Source of the DNA: Camelus dromedarius
Lineage: Eukaryota
DNA length: 64,000 nt
Direction of reading: 5' to 3'
Assembly (NCBI RefSeq): GCF_036321535.1
Contig: NC_087437.1
Coordinates: 66,280,001 to 66,344,000 of the forward strand
In this document: positions 25,861-39,251 of the stretch, in pieces
Position numbering within the stretch: the first letter of the stretch is position 1
Layout of the letters: each line of letters begins with the position of its first letter
Notes under the pieces: model-generated
Databases searched by the model: none
Seen by the model: only the letters and a program-made list of their open reading frames with translations
What the model was told of the DNA's origin: nothing
Made by a program: the position numbers and the translations under genes

Positions 25861-27719
25861 TACACTGGACTTTTTCTCTATGGATTATGGAATGATTTGA
25901 GTGCACAGTTCTTTTGTTCTTTGTTTTCATCTTTAAACAAAACACTGGGATTTTTGAGGTCAATGGGGAAAGGAGGAAGTACAAAATGGTTAAAGTTTTT
26001 TTTTTTTTAAGACATATATCCCATTTTAGATTTATCATATTAGTTGTAGAACTCCCTTTTAGGACCATCCTATTTTTATCTTCTACTGGAAGTTGAGGCA
26101 AGAGTTTCATTTTCTTTTGGCTTAACTTGTGTGTATACAGTAGGTACTTACTAAATGATTGGCTTTAAGCAAAGAACTGTGGGGCAGTAGAAACAAGTGC
26201 ATTACAATTGAAAAGTTAAATATACATAATGAAATAAATTCATGTGTGTGGCTGTCGATGGTATAATTTTATTTAGCAGTGAGGGTATATTTCCCCATAC
26301 CTGGTAGTATATTAATAATTGTGGTAATCAGGAGGAAATCATGATTGGAGCTGGTGGGGTTGGTCTTCTAGGTGTTGCTTTTAGCAAGCTTTAAAAGATG
26401 CTTGGAGATACAACTTATATATAGCAGATTACTCAAAGCCTAAGTGCACAACTCAGTGAACATGATTCCATGCAGATCAAGTGAAGTATAGAACATTTTC
26501 ATCATCACTCCAGAAGGTGCTCTTGTGGCCCCTCCCAGTTAATAAATGCCTTTACCTTGCTTTATTTATTTTAATTGCAGTTATTATCACCTGGTGTATA
26601 TTAGTTTGTCTTCTGTTCTGGAGTATAAACTTCATGAAGACAGGGGCTTGATTTTGCTCACTCTTCTATTCCACTGCTCAGCATAGTGCCTGATATACAG
26701 TAAATGTTCAACAACTATTTGATAACTATAAATTAAATAAAAATACCTGATTGTCCACTGTATATATATTATGTGATACGATACACAGGTGTTGTATAAT
26801 GTACTAGATGCTTGAGGGTAGATGGTAAATTTTAGTTTTCTAGGATGAAACTTTTGACATTCAGCATGATACTTAGACTAATTTTAACACAAGGAAATTG
26901 AACCGTGTTGGCATTGAGTTTCATGTATGCTGGTCTTTGCTTGTGTGAATGTTAGGAAATATGAGAGATTTGCTGCCAGTGAGAGATAATGGCAACCTGT
27001 CTATTGGATTGCCTTCTGGGGAGTGTCTGATTTCTTAGTTATCTCAAATTCTTAATTTATACTCTTGATGATCTTTTTCAGTACCTCAGGCAGTTGCAAA
27101 AGACTGAATGCTCTTGTTCTTGTGGGGAGAGAGTTGTGATAGAAAAAGGATTGGCTTATTTGATCAGCTAAAACAGGTTAGGTCTTGTTTATAGGTCTTG
27201 TATCACCTTAGTTAAAACAATAAAAAGTATTTGTCTATCTTAAGTTTAAGTAAAGGAGTATGTGGTTTAGAAATCATTTTAGTTCAAACTTATGTTCATG
27301 TAGAGGAGAAAGAAATTTTGAGCTGAAAGTGACTCTAGTATTTTGATTCATGCTCTTGTCTGTCAAGTCTAACCCCTCTCATTTTACATTCGAGGAAGTT
27401 GGAGTGCAAAGAAGTTGTGTTATGTGCCGAAGCAGCAGTCAGACCAGTCTATTTAACTCAATTGTTCCTAGCTCTTTTGCATCATGTTGACAATAGAATC
27501 ACTTGGGGTGTTTTATAAACATAAACATGTTAGGTCTGACTTCCATAGGCTTTTGTTTTTAATAGGTTTGGAATGGGTACCAGGCATGTTTAATAAGTTA
27601 ATAAAACAAAGCAAAATAAAAGTTCAAACTACTCTGTCCCATCAAATTTTTAATACTGGTTGAGTTTTCCAAGTAATACACACTCAGGTGGCTTAGAACC
27701 ATTGTGCTGTAATGCCTTT

Positions 27720-29120
27720 CTTTCTTTTTTTTTTTTTTTTAATTAATAGAATGTTTTTTCTTAGAGCAGTTTCAGGTTTATAGAAAAACTGAACAGAAAC
27801 CACTAAAGAATTCTCATACACTCCCTCTCCCCACATGTACAGTTTCCCCTGTTATTAACATCTTGCATTGTTTGGTACTTTTGTTGAAATTGTTGAGCCA
27901 ATATTGATACATTATTATTAGCTAAAGTTCATAGTTTATTATTCATAATTGCCATTAGAGTCCACTCTTTTTTTGGATAGTTCTGTGGCTTTTGACAAAT
28001 GCATAATGTCATCTATCCACAGTTACAATATCATACAGAATAGTTTCACTGCCTTCAAAATCCTCTGCGTTCTCTTAATAATTCCTACTCTCTTCATATT
28101 CCTGGCAACCAGGAATCTTTTTACTATCTCTCTAGTTATATCTTTTCCTGAATATCATGTAGTTGGAATCATACAGTGCTGTAGTTTTTGTAGACATCCT
28201 TCTTTGACTTTGCAATATGCATGTATTTTTGTGGCATTCATTGCTCATTTCTCTTTATTGCCTAATAATACTCCATTATATGAATATACCAAGATTTGTT
28301 TATCCATTCACTTATTGAAGGATATCTTCGTTGCTTCCATATTTTGGCAAATATTAATAAAGCTGCTGTAAAACATTTGTGTACAGGTTTTTGAATGGTG
28401 TGTTTTCACCTCATTTGGGTAAATATTCTTGAGTGCAATTGTTGGATTGTATGGTAAGAATATGTTTAGTTCTGTAGGAAACTGCCAAATTGTGTTTCAA
28501 AGCAGCTGTACACTTCTGTATTCCCACCAGCAATCAGTGAAAGTTCCTGTTGCTCCGCATCCTAACCAGCCTTTGGTATTGTCAGTGTTTTGGATTTTAG
28601 CCATCCTAATAGATTTGTAGTAGTATCTTGTTTTAATTTGCAATTCCCTAATTGATATATAATGTTGAGCATCTTTTCATATGTTTATTTGCCATCTGTA
28701 TATCTTCTTTTGTGAGGTACCTGTTTTTAATTGGGTTATTTGTTGAGTTTTAAGAGTTATTCATGTATTTCGGATACAAGTCCTTTATTAGGTATGTGTT
28801 CTGCAAATATTTTCTCCCAGTTTGTGGCTTATCTTTTCATTTTCTTAGCAGTGTATTCTGTTCTTAATTTTAATAAAGTCCACCTTACCAGTTTCTCTTT
28901 CATGGGATGAGTTTGGTGTTGTACCTGAAAAAAAGTCATCACCAGACCCATGGCCACCTTGATTTTCTTGTATGTTATCTTTTAGAAGTTTTATAGTTTT
29001 GCATTTTACTTTAGATCTGTGATCCTTTTTAATACTTGTGAAGGGTGTAAACTCAGTTTCTATTCAACTCTGTTTTTGGATGTAGATATTGATTTAGCAT
29101 AATTTTTTTTGAAAACCTGT
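27720..29120 (-). mobile_element. L1 (L1MC1/2-like) 3' UTR and ORF2 end
   Basis: Poly-T tail then ttagagcagtttcaggtttatagaaaaactgaacaga, cagtttcccctgttattaacatcttgcatt, ggaaactgccaaattgt. Confidence 0.85.
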
Positions 29121-29244
29121 CATGCCTTTTTGATGTCCTCTTTCAATGGAGCCATGCTCAAGTGTGAATCATGATTATTAAAATAAGAAACCTGAGATTA
29201 TTATCATTATTTTGACTTAATAGATTTTAAAAATAGTTTAGGAG

Positions 29245-29460
29245 GTAGTATCATATTGAGTAAGAGCTTGGACTCTAGAACAAATCAGTTCTTTAATTCA
29301 GATTCTAAATTTTCCATTTGTTAGCTGTGACCTTGGACATGTTATTTAACTGCCTCAGTTTCCTCATATATAAAAACCATTCTTCTGCTAAATGAAAAAT
29401 ATGTAATATAAAGCATTCAGTATAGTCTATTGCTTATGTTACAGTTACGGAAGGTTATTA
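29245..29460 (+). mobile_element. MIR SINE
   Basis: tagctgtgaccttggacatgttatttaactgcctcagtttcctcat. Confidence 0.75.
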
Positions 29461-31502
29461 TTAATAATAAAGAACCCCCAGATGTTTTATGTACTTTTCA
29501 TTCACTAATCTCAGTTACTTTATTCCCTGCATGTTGTAAATTCTAGGGAAATAATAATGGTAATTAATCTAAATGAGAATAAACAATACGCTTGGACTGT
29601 TCCTATTGTTATTAATGACTTTCTGGCAGAAGCAGATTTACATAAGGGAGTTTAATGACTGACCTAGAATAATCATCATTTAAAGAGCATAAAATGTAGA
29701 ATACTGAGTGCTTACGTCATTCTACATGCTCAGTGTTTTCTAAACGTAGTAAATATCAAATAGCTCAAGAATAAAGGTTATATGTAAAACATGATGATGA
29801 AAGAAGAGCTGTGGTGCTTTATAAAAAAATACTTTACTTCTTTGCATGTGATGTGTTACACACTATCCACTTGCTTATATATTTAGAATAATTTATTTTA
29901 GGTTTTGTTTGAGTTAATCTTTCCAATAAGAATATGAGTTCTTTAAGGTAATGTGTCTTCTGTTCTTCAATGTCATAGAACTTCTGGATAGAGAAGTATA
30001 TCTTTCTTAATTGCTATGGATAAGCTATTACTTTAAAGATATTCTTTTCCTTTATCTTACCATTTGATCCTTTCTTCCAAAGAGTAGATGAAGGAACCAT
30101 TTACAGTATAGTTAAGAAATGCTTGCCTATTTTTAAAGTTAGGACTGAGTAAGATAGAGGGATAAGCAGGGGATCTTTAGGGCAACACCCTGAGTAAAAG
30201 CCAGGCAGTGTTGTTTTTTTTTAATTGCTCTAAGTAATTGCCAGTGAATAATGGATATTTCTATACTTCTATATTCAGCATTTCTGTATATTTAGTAAAA
30301 AAAAGAAGATATTGGAATGTTAATTGTTTAATGCACTGATAGAAAATGCTATCCTGCTGAGTTATAAAGTTTTGAGTTTTGTCAATTAAAGCAAATTTGG
30401 TTTTTAGGTTAATTTTATTTCTTTGGTAAGGAACTTGTAAATGTGTCTTAACAGTGATTCTAAAACTTTTATTGAGACATTCTATTATTTTGATCTCTGT
30501 GTAACCTATTCCTTTCCTAAAACTGCTACATGACATGGATTTGTTTCTTGAATTAAATCTTTATTCTCAGAGCCATTTGGCAGTTAAATGAGTCATGGTA
30601 CCCTTTAACTTAGGGTACTTTAATTGGTGATACCTTGAGGATGTTTAAAAAGAAACATCAAAATAAAACAATTACAACAAAAATTAATGATTGGAATTAG
30701 TTCAATAACAAATATTTTTAATGAAGATATTTTCTGAATTATCAGAATAAACTAGTGTTTGTATTTTTCTTATATTTTTGTGCTACATTAAAAAAATAAA
30801 AACCCAAGACACTTTTTTTGGCAAGTTGTATCTGATACGGGTTTCAGTCATTTAACACACCATATAGAGTGCCAACGAGCTACGTATTGTGTGGAATAGA
30901 CACTTTTAAAAGTACATTTTATTCATGATAAAAATATTCAACAAATGAGGAATAAAAAGGAAGTTTCTCAACCTGGTAAAGAGTATATGTGAAAATACTG
31001 TGAGCTAACATCATACATAATGATGAAAGACTGTATGCTTTTCCCTAAGATTAGGAGCAAGATAAGGATGTCCACTCTTGCCACTTCTATTGAATGTTAT
31101 TTTGGAGGTTCTAGCTAGGGCAGTTCGTCCAAAAAAAAAAAAAACAACCCAGAAAAAACAAGGATATCTGGATTGGTAAGAAAGAAGTAAAACTATCTCT
31201 ATTTGTAGATGTGTATAGAAAGTCCAAGAAGTCCACTATTAATCCACTATTACAGCTAATAAATGAGTTTATTAGCAACATAGATAATCAGTGTATAAAA
31301 ATAAATTGTATTTCTGTACAGTAGAAATGAGCAGACTGAAAATGAAATTAAGAAAATTCCATTTATAGTAGCATCAAAAGAAATAAAATACTTATAAATT
31401 TAACAGTAAGTTTAATAAATTGTCTAATAAACTTAACAAAAGAAGTTCAAAACCTTGTACTCTGGAAATTACAAAACATTGTTTTTAAAAACTTAATTTA
31501 AA

Positions 31503-31557
31503 TTTTTTTGGTACGGGAGGGAGGTAATTAGGTTTGTTTGTTTGTTTGTTTGTTTGT

Positions 31558-31612
<55 letters not shown>

Positions 31613-31695
31613 TTTTAAATGGAGGTACTAGGAATTGAACGCAGGACCTCATGCATGCTAAGCATATATACTCTACCATTGAGCTATATCCTCCT
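31503..31695 (-). mobile_element. tRNA-derived SINE, Vic-1-like (camelid)
   Basis: Reverse complement reads aggaggatatagctcaatggtagag (A box)...gttcaattcc (B box)...ctccatttaaaata...aaacctaattacctccc...aaaaaaa; homologous to the copy at 41242. Confidence 0.85.
31532..31615. repeat. Compound tetranucleotide microsatellite (GTTT)7(ATTT)14 inside the SINE
   Basis: Counted directly from the sequence. Confidence 0.95.
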
Positions 31696-31906
31696 CTAAT
31701 AAAATGTTGAAAGAAATTAAAGAAGACCTGAGTAAATGGAAAGACATTTCATGTTCATGAATTGGAAGACTTAATATTGTTTAGATGCAGTACTCCTAAT
31801 TGATATGCAGAATTAATGCAATCCCTGTTAAAACTGCCTTTTTTTTTTTTTTTTTGTAGAAATTGATAAGGTGACACTAAAATTCATATGGAAATACAAG
31901 GGATCT

Positions 31907-32377
31907 TATGTTAGTTTTCTAGGGCTTCCAAACAAAGTACCAAAAACTAGGTGGCTTGAAGCAACAGAAATTTATTGTCTCACAGTTCCAAAAGCTAGAA
32001 GTGCAAAATCAAGGTGTTGGCTGGGCCATGCTCCTTCTGACAGCTTAGAGAAGAATCTTCCCTTGCCTCTTCAGGTTTCTGGTGTTTGTTGACAGTCCTC
32101 TGTGTTCCTTGGCTTCTTGATGCATCACTCATTCACCTTCAATGTCTTTTCCATGTGTGTCTTCACATTGTTTACCCTCTATGTGTTTGTCTCTGTGCCC
32201 CAAATTTCCTTTTTTCTAATGAGGACACAAGTCAAATTGGATTAGAGTCTACCAGAATGACCTCATATTAACTTGATTACTTCTGTAAGGACCCTATTTC
32301 TAAACAAAATCATATTCTGGGATTCTCAGGGTTAGAATTTCCATGCCTTTATTGGGTATCCAGTTCAATCCATAACA
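31907..32377 (-). mobile_element. MaLR solo LTR (MLT1B/C-like), nested in L1
   Basis: tatgttagttttctagggct...aacagaaatttattgtctcacagttc...aatgacctcatattaacttgattac...gttcaatccataaca; L1 sequence is continuous on either side. Confidence 0.88.
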
Positions 32378-33926
32378 ACCCCTTAACAACCAAAAAAAAA
32401 AAAAAAAAATTCTTGAAAAGAAAAAGAACAAAATTGGAGGACTTAGACTTTGCAATTTCAAAGCTTACTACAAAGCTACAATAATCAAGACATTGTGGTA
32501 CTAGCATAAGGATAGACGTATAGATCAATGGAATATATTTGAGAGTTTAGAAAGAAACCCCTACATTTGTGGTCAGTTGGTTTTGAAAAGATTATTAGTC
32601 TTTTCCACAAATGGTCTGAGATAACTGGATAACTACACGCAGAAAAAAGTTGGACCTCACACCATATATAAAATTATCTCAAAATAGATTAAAGACCTGA
32701 ATGCAAGAGCTAAAACTTTAAAACTCTTAGGATAAAATAGGAGTAAATCTTTATGACCTTGGATTAGGCAGTGGCTTCTTAGATATGACATCAAGAGCAC
32801 AAGTAACAAAAGAAAAAATAAATAAATTGAACACTATCAAAAACAAAAACATTTATGTTTCAAAACACCAAGAAAGGGAAAAGACAACCCATAGAAAGGG
32901 AGAAAATAATTGCAAATCATATATCTGATAAGGAGCTTTCATCTAGAATATATAAAGAGCTCTTATAGTGCAATAACAAGAAAGACAAATAACCCAGTTA
33001 AAAATTGACAGACATTTCTACAAAGGAGATAATGCACGTGGTCCGTAAACACATGGAAAGTTGCTCAACATCATTAGCCATCAGGGAAATCTAAATAAAA
33101 GCTGTAACAAAATACTACTTCACATCTGCTAGGATGGCTAGAATAAAAAAAAGTCAGATAATATCAAGTGTTTTTGAGGATGTGGGTAGATTGGAACCCT
33201 CATATACCTCAGGTGGGAGCATAAAATAGTGCAGCTGCTTCAGAAAGCAATCTGGCAGTTCCTCAAATGGTTACACATTACACTCCAGCAATTCCACTAC
33301 TAGATATATACCCATATGTTCATGTATATGAATGTTCATAGCTTCATTATTCACAGTAGCCAAAAAGTAGAAACACCCAAATGTCTATCAGCTGATAAAT
33401 GGAGGAAAAAATGGGGTCTATCTATACAATGGAATATTACTCAGTAATCAGCTCCCCCCGCCAAATGTAAGAGATCAAAGTACCTCAACATGGATGAACC
33501 TGGAAAACATTATCCTAAGTGAAAAAAGCCAATCACCGAAGACTCCATGATTCTGTTTGAATGAAGTATCTAGCATAGGCAACTCTGTAGAGATAGAAAG
33601 TAGATTCATATTTCCCTACAGCTATTAGAGATGGAGGGATTGGGGAATGACAGCTAAGGAGTGTAGTTTCTTTTTGGTGTAATGAATATGTTCTGAAATT
33701 GATTGTGATGGTGGATGCACAAGCCTGTGATTATGCCAAAACTCACCGAACTGTGCACTTTAAGTGGGTGAATTGTATGTTATGTGAATTACAACTTAAA
33801 GCTGTTTTAAAAAGCACACTCCAGTTCATACTGTCATAAGGCCAGGGGCAGTTCATTGTAGGGAAACATACATGCATGAGTATTAAATAAGAGATGCTAT
33901 AAAATAGAAATACATAGGTTATAGAT

Positions 33927-34224
33927 CAGTGTTGTTCAGTAAAAATACATTGTAAGACACAAAATTTTCTAATAGCCGCATTAGGAAAATAAAAAGAAAT
34001 GGATGGAATTAACTTTAGTGATATATTTTATTTAACCCATTATATAAAAATACTAACATTTTAACATGTAATACATATAAAATTTGTTGAGGTATTTTAA
34101 TTCTATTTTTTATACTAAGTCTTCAAAATCTGTTATATGTTAAAGCATGTCTCATTTCATTCTAACCACTTTCAAGTGTTCAAAAGCCTCATGTAGTTGG
34201 TGACTGTTGTATTGAACAGCACAG
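33927..34224 (+). mobile_element. MER33-like hAT-Charlie MITE (second copy)
   Basis: cagtgttgttcagtaaaaat ... ttttctaatagccgcatta ... tactaagtcttcaaaatc ... tgtattgaacagcacag. Confidence 0.82.
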
Positions 34225-35329
34225 GTAGAGATAGACAGTGTGACTCCAGAAGAGAAATAATCATTGTAGTTTAGAATGGTTAAGACAGGTCACAGAGGAG
34301 ATAGAACTTCAGTTTACTTTGCTCATTCATTTATTTATTGATTCAGTTATTTAAGAAATTTTGAGCTCTTACTGTCTATGAAAACTGGTGTAAAGTGCAG
34401 ACTGTTTATCTCTTTGTGGACAGTACATTGAATAGTTAATTATACAATTATTTAATTAGAGTAGGTTGCTGAAGAAGTAGTTATTGGAAAGAGTATATGC
34501 TTAGAGTTAATTATTCTCTGAAACAAAGGATGATAATAACTGCGTTGTACGATGGTGAAAGTAAGTGAAATATGATATGCCCAACACTGAAATTGTTGTC
34601 AAGTGTTTCATAAAGTGTATTTTTCTCCTTCTCTCCTCCCTCTTCTTCCTCTGTTTCTTGTTGAACGCATGCATTGGGGCATGGAGAAAAGAACCTTAGG
34701 ACACAGCAGAATCACAGAACGAGAGGGCTTAACCAGGGACTCAAATAAGCTCTTACCTTCCTCTTTTATCCTCAGCGTTCTTTCACTAAGGGTCCTGCTT
34801 CCTGAACCTAGAACTCCGGTTTGTACTATTTTTAGTGCTAAAGCCTTCCTAACCAGTGTTAAATAGGGTTTTTGTGGGCCGGATTAAGAATATAAGTTAT
34901 TGCTTTTTCTGGATATTTTAATGTTTCATTCCAAACAGTTGTTCTGTTAGTGAAAATTTGAAACTCTGCTGAATTAGTTATTGTCTCTTGTTTGTTCAGA
35001 TTAAAAAATGTTTTAGAAATATTTTGAGAAATGTTGAAATAAAGTTATTTTATAACTTTTTCCAAAATTCAGACCTCCCATTACATTTCTGAGCATTCTG
35101 GTCCTTGTAATTTTTTCATTCTAAGGTGTCTTGAAACTTTACCGTATCCTTTTCCAGTAAGTATTATTAAGTCTAGTTAAATATTAAAGTTAGTAACTAC
35201 ATTATGTTTGAGATGAGGCATTGTGGGGACAGTTACTATTGTATATTGAATACTGGTTTTCGATTGGGCAGATCTTGCTTTTCTGTTAGCTGTATGGTTG
35301 TGGGTAAATCCATTCACTGATTTTTGATT

Positions 35330-36010
35330 CATTTGAAAGATATAGTTTGAATACTTAATGTGGTTAGGACATTATTTGTGTATTTACTTATTTACAAATT
35401 GTGATAAGTGCTTTGAAGGGAAAGAACTGGTTATAGTGAAAGGATAACAACATAGGAAAATTGCTTTGATAGGATGGTCACAGAGAAGGCTTCTCTATGA
35501 GGAACTGATATTCAAGCTGAAACCTAAAGGATAAAACGAGTTGGCTAGTGGGCTAGAAAAAATGTTCCAGGAAGAGGAAATATGTAAGAGTCCTGTGGAG
35601 GCAGAGAGCTTTGTGTACCCAGTAAATTGAAAGAAGCCTAGTGTGATTGAATGATAGGTGGGTAAGGGGAAGAATGGCATGAGATGAGAATCAAATCAGA
35701 TATAGAAGATTCTTTTAGAGCATGTTGAACCCTTTCAAATTTTTAAATCAGAGGCACAAGATAGACATGTGTAACGCTGAAGAGGGAGGTGGAATATAAG
35801 GGTCTCCAGAGGCTGAAAGAGTGGTCTGGGCTACAGAAATAAATTTGAGAACCAATAACTCTCAAGTGATAATCGTTTAAATACCGTATATTTAAAGTTC
35901 TAGGGATATGTAAGATCCATTTGGGGAGTGTATAGAGACAGAAGAGAAGGGGATCTTGGACCAAGCCCAGAAGGACTCCAACACTTAAGAGGTTTGTAGA
36001 AGAGGAACCA
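35330..36010 (-). mobile_element. L2 LINE fragments
   Basis: gtgataagtgctttgaaggg, agagaaggcttctct...aagctgaaacctaaagga, ctgggctacagaaataaatttgaga, ccaacacttaagaggtt. Confidence 0.72.
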
Positions 36011-36989
36011 GAATAAATAGGAGTGCCTCAATTGTAAGCAGGGGATGGGGGGTTGGGGGAGTTGTTTGTTTTTGATTTGGATAACCAAACCTCTGGATGA
36101 CCAAAGGTCCTGAAATGACAGTAGGGAGCAAGAAGGACATTATTTTGAGATGCATAGAGAAATTGAATAGCCTCAGCCTCATGGGATTTATGAAAGTAGT
36201 GTCCTTGGGGAAGTAATGTTTTCCTTAAGGCTGGAAGGTGGAGTTTGCTGATCAGAGTAAGAATTCAGAGGACAGTGTAGAAGGGGTAGGTTGAGAAATT
36301 GACTAACACAGGAAAGATACATAGAGAATATATAGAGGGGTGACAGTTAATGGCAAATGAGAGAAGCTAGCATTTCTGGTGAAGATTTAGGTAAACAAGT
36401 ATATGGGGTGTGATAGATTTAGTCTTTAAAGTTTCTGGTTGGCAGGAGGGATCTAGGGCCTTAGTGGTGTAATTTGGATGATTTCAAGTAGTTTGTTGGA
36501 TAAGGAACAGGTTTTTGGCAAGGTAAATTGTCTTTAGTAGGTTCTAGTTGTGGTATGGTGAGGCTCTGGGCTGGCATCTTCAGTTCTTTCACCTGTTAAA
36601 TAGTAATACCTCATTGATTGTTTTATGATTTAAATGAATATTCACAGAGTGGTTCATAAAAATTGAATCTGAATACAGATAGCATCCTTTAGGAAATCTT
36701 TTATATATACATCATAATAAGTCATGATTTATCCAGCTTATTTTATTGTCACTCTTTTCTATATTGAATATAAGATTGAAGAATAAACATTGACTATGAG
36801 TGAGGCACTTAATCCATGTCGTCTTAATGCTATTTATACTCAATTTTAGAACTAAGGGTAAATCATTCAAAAAGTAGATATTTGCTCATTTTTACTTTAA
36901 ACAGTTCCTTAAATAAGCATATTTGGATATTTTAAAACCCAGTGAAGAGATGTTAGATTATAACAGTAATACTTCTATGAAGAGAATTT

Positions 36990-37480
36990 TTTTTTAGAAC
37001 TTTAAGCAAATTCATCTTTAAAAAATTTACATGCTCAGTTGCAGAGAATTTGGAAATTACAAAGAGGTACAAAAAAGAACATAAAAATTTACCTATATTC
37101 TCACTATCTAGAGAAAACTTTATTTTTTGATGTGCTTGTCTTGTGTAACCTTTTTGTCAAAATTGGATCACACAATATATAGCAGTTTGTAACTTGCTTT
37201 TTCATGTAATCTTGTATCATGGATATTTTCTTATAACCTTAGATATTCTTTGAAAATTATTTTAATGGCTGTTTATATTCCATTCACTGTGAGCATTATC
37301 ATATTAACCTAATGATTCTCTTATTTTGGAGCATCTAGATTGGTTCCAATTTGTGAGATTTATATATATTGCTTCAATGAGTATGAATGTCTGTATAAAT
37401 CAGTCATTTTCTCAGTTTCAAATTACCTTTTTTCCACCATATTCTAGAAAAGGAAATACCAGATCAAAGGGTAAGGCTTT
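36990..37480 (-). mobile_element. Decayed L1ME-like 3' end
   Basis: aatttggaaattacaaagag, ttttaatggctg, ttttggagcatctagattggttccaattt. Confidence 0.55.
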
Positions 37481-38789
37481 GTTGTTGTTTGTCATTGTTG
37501 ATGCTTTTAAGGAAAAAATACTTAATCAAAATAGGATTTCATGTTTAAGAGTCAGCATATATGTTATATATGTTTGTGGGTGTGACATTATTTATTGCTC
37601 AGTTCCAATAGTGGTTGGTTTGTGTATGGATTTAGAGACCCCTTTGCAATAACCAGTTCTTATAGGATCTCTTTGGCTCAAATGTTGATAACTACTCCTG
37701 GAGATATAAACCTTTAGTTCTTTCCCACACCTTATCTTTCACTGCTCTTGCTTCATTTCAGCAGATACCTTCTCATTGCCCCTAACAAGTACTCCTTCTT
37801 TATTCAGTGACCTTTTTTTCTAACATTCTTGCTTGATATTTGGAACAGTTTAAACAATTTTAAGGTATTAATTTTCAAACACTGAAAATAGAAGTATAAA
37901 ACTGATAAAACCTTTCTAGAACTCAGTAAGAGCTAATCATGTTTTAGGATGCCTAGTTTTATTGTATCCTTGTTAACATTGAGTGTTTATTTTTTATTTT
38001 TTAATATTTGCTAATTTGCTGGGTGAAAATGGTAGTATACTTGGGGGTGGAAAGAGTGACTGAAATAGTAAGATCTTTCTTTCCCAACCTGTAACTGAAT
38101 AAAAATTGGAAGGTGAATATTGGGCCATAACACCTAGTGTTTGATATTGATCCTCTTCATCTGGCTGCCATGAAATTATATACCTTCAGAACTGAAAGAG
38201 ATCTAAAAGCTCCTATTTATTCAATCCTTTAAGTTTACACATGGGGAAACTGAGGTCTACAAAGGAGGTTCCCTTAACTTTTCCAAGATCTTAAGCCAAA
38301 CAGTGGTACAGAAAAGCTTGGCTTATTTTTTCATAACTAGTCTGTTGGTTTTTCCACAAATATCCCCTGCCCCCTCCCACCTTGTAGGTAACTAATTCTT
38401 TTTCTGTTTGGATGCCTGATAGAATCTTTTTTTATCTTTCAGTTTAACCAAGATACTTCAAATCATTCTGAGTCAGTTCTTTCTGATGTACACCGTAACT
38501 TTTTGTCCTGCAGATACAGTTCGCTCAATTTCAAGGAAATTTGTATCTTTGAATAGTTTTCCTGTTTATGTGTGGAATCCATTCTTGGAATAATAATTAT
38601 CATTTTTATTCTCCACATTTATTATCTTCTCCAGAATTACTTTAATCTCTTCATTGATTCCCTCTGCATTATTGTGATTCTGTTTCCTCCCTGTATTAAT
38701 TTTCACCAAGTCTCTTCTATTCTTTGTTGTTTGTGGTTTATTTATTAGATCTATGGTTGTTTTGCTAAGCTAAGACACAGACTGAGAAC

Positions 38790-39251
38790 TATGGTAGACT
38801 GAAAAATAACCCCCCAAAAGATATCCATGTCAAATTCTAGCAACCTGTGAGTATTACCTTACTTGGAAAAAGGGGTTTTGCAGATTGCAGGTAAATTTAG
38901 GATCTTGAAATGACATCATCTTAGATTGTCTGGGTGGGGTCTAAATCTAATTGATAAATGTCCTGAGATACACAGAAGAGAGCAGATGCACAGAGGAGGA
39001 GGCTATGTGACTGTGAAGACAGAGATTGGAATCTTGTGTCATGAGGCCATGATTCAAGTAATGTGGACAGGTACCAGAAACTAGAAGATGCAAGCAGTGG
39101 ATTCTCTTCTACAGCCTACAGAGGGAGCATAGCTTTGCCGACATCTTGATTTCAGGCTTTTGGCTTCCTGGATTGTGAGAGAATAATTTCTGTTCTTTTA
39201 AGCCACACAGTTTGTGATAAATTATTACTGCAGCCACAGGAAACTAATACA
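38790..39251 (+). mobile_element. MaLR solo LTR (MLT1C/D-like), full length
   Basis: tatggtagactgaaaaataaccccccaaaagatatcc ... ttttaagccacacagtttgtg ... gcagccacaggaaactaataca; near-perfect 5-bp target-site duplication agaac/aaaac. Confidence 0.9.

Larger units (their letters stand above)
30915..33810 (+). mobile_element. L1 (L1MB-like) ORF2 3' half plus 3' UTR, sense to GSK3B, carrying two nested insertions
   Basis: aaggatgtccactcttgccacttctatt (RT region), aaatggaaagacatttcatgttcatg, ctactacaaagctaca, and 3' UTR ending gtatgttatgtgaattacaacttaaagctgttttaaaaa. Confidence 0.92.

Noticed and set aside
27949..28371. 140-aa ORF
   Set aside because: It lies wholly in the antisense strand of an L1 3' UTR.
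38365..38395. tag|gtaact as a recursive splice site
   Set aside because: The tract is C-rich, the donor is weak, and it resembles a common decayed L1 3' motif.
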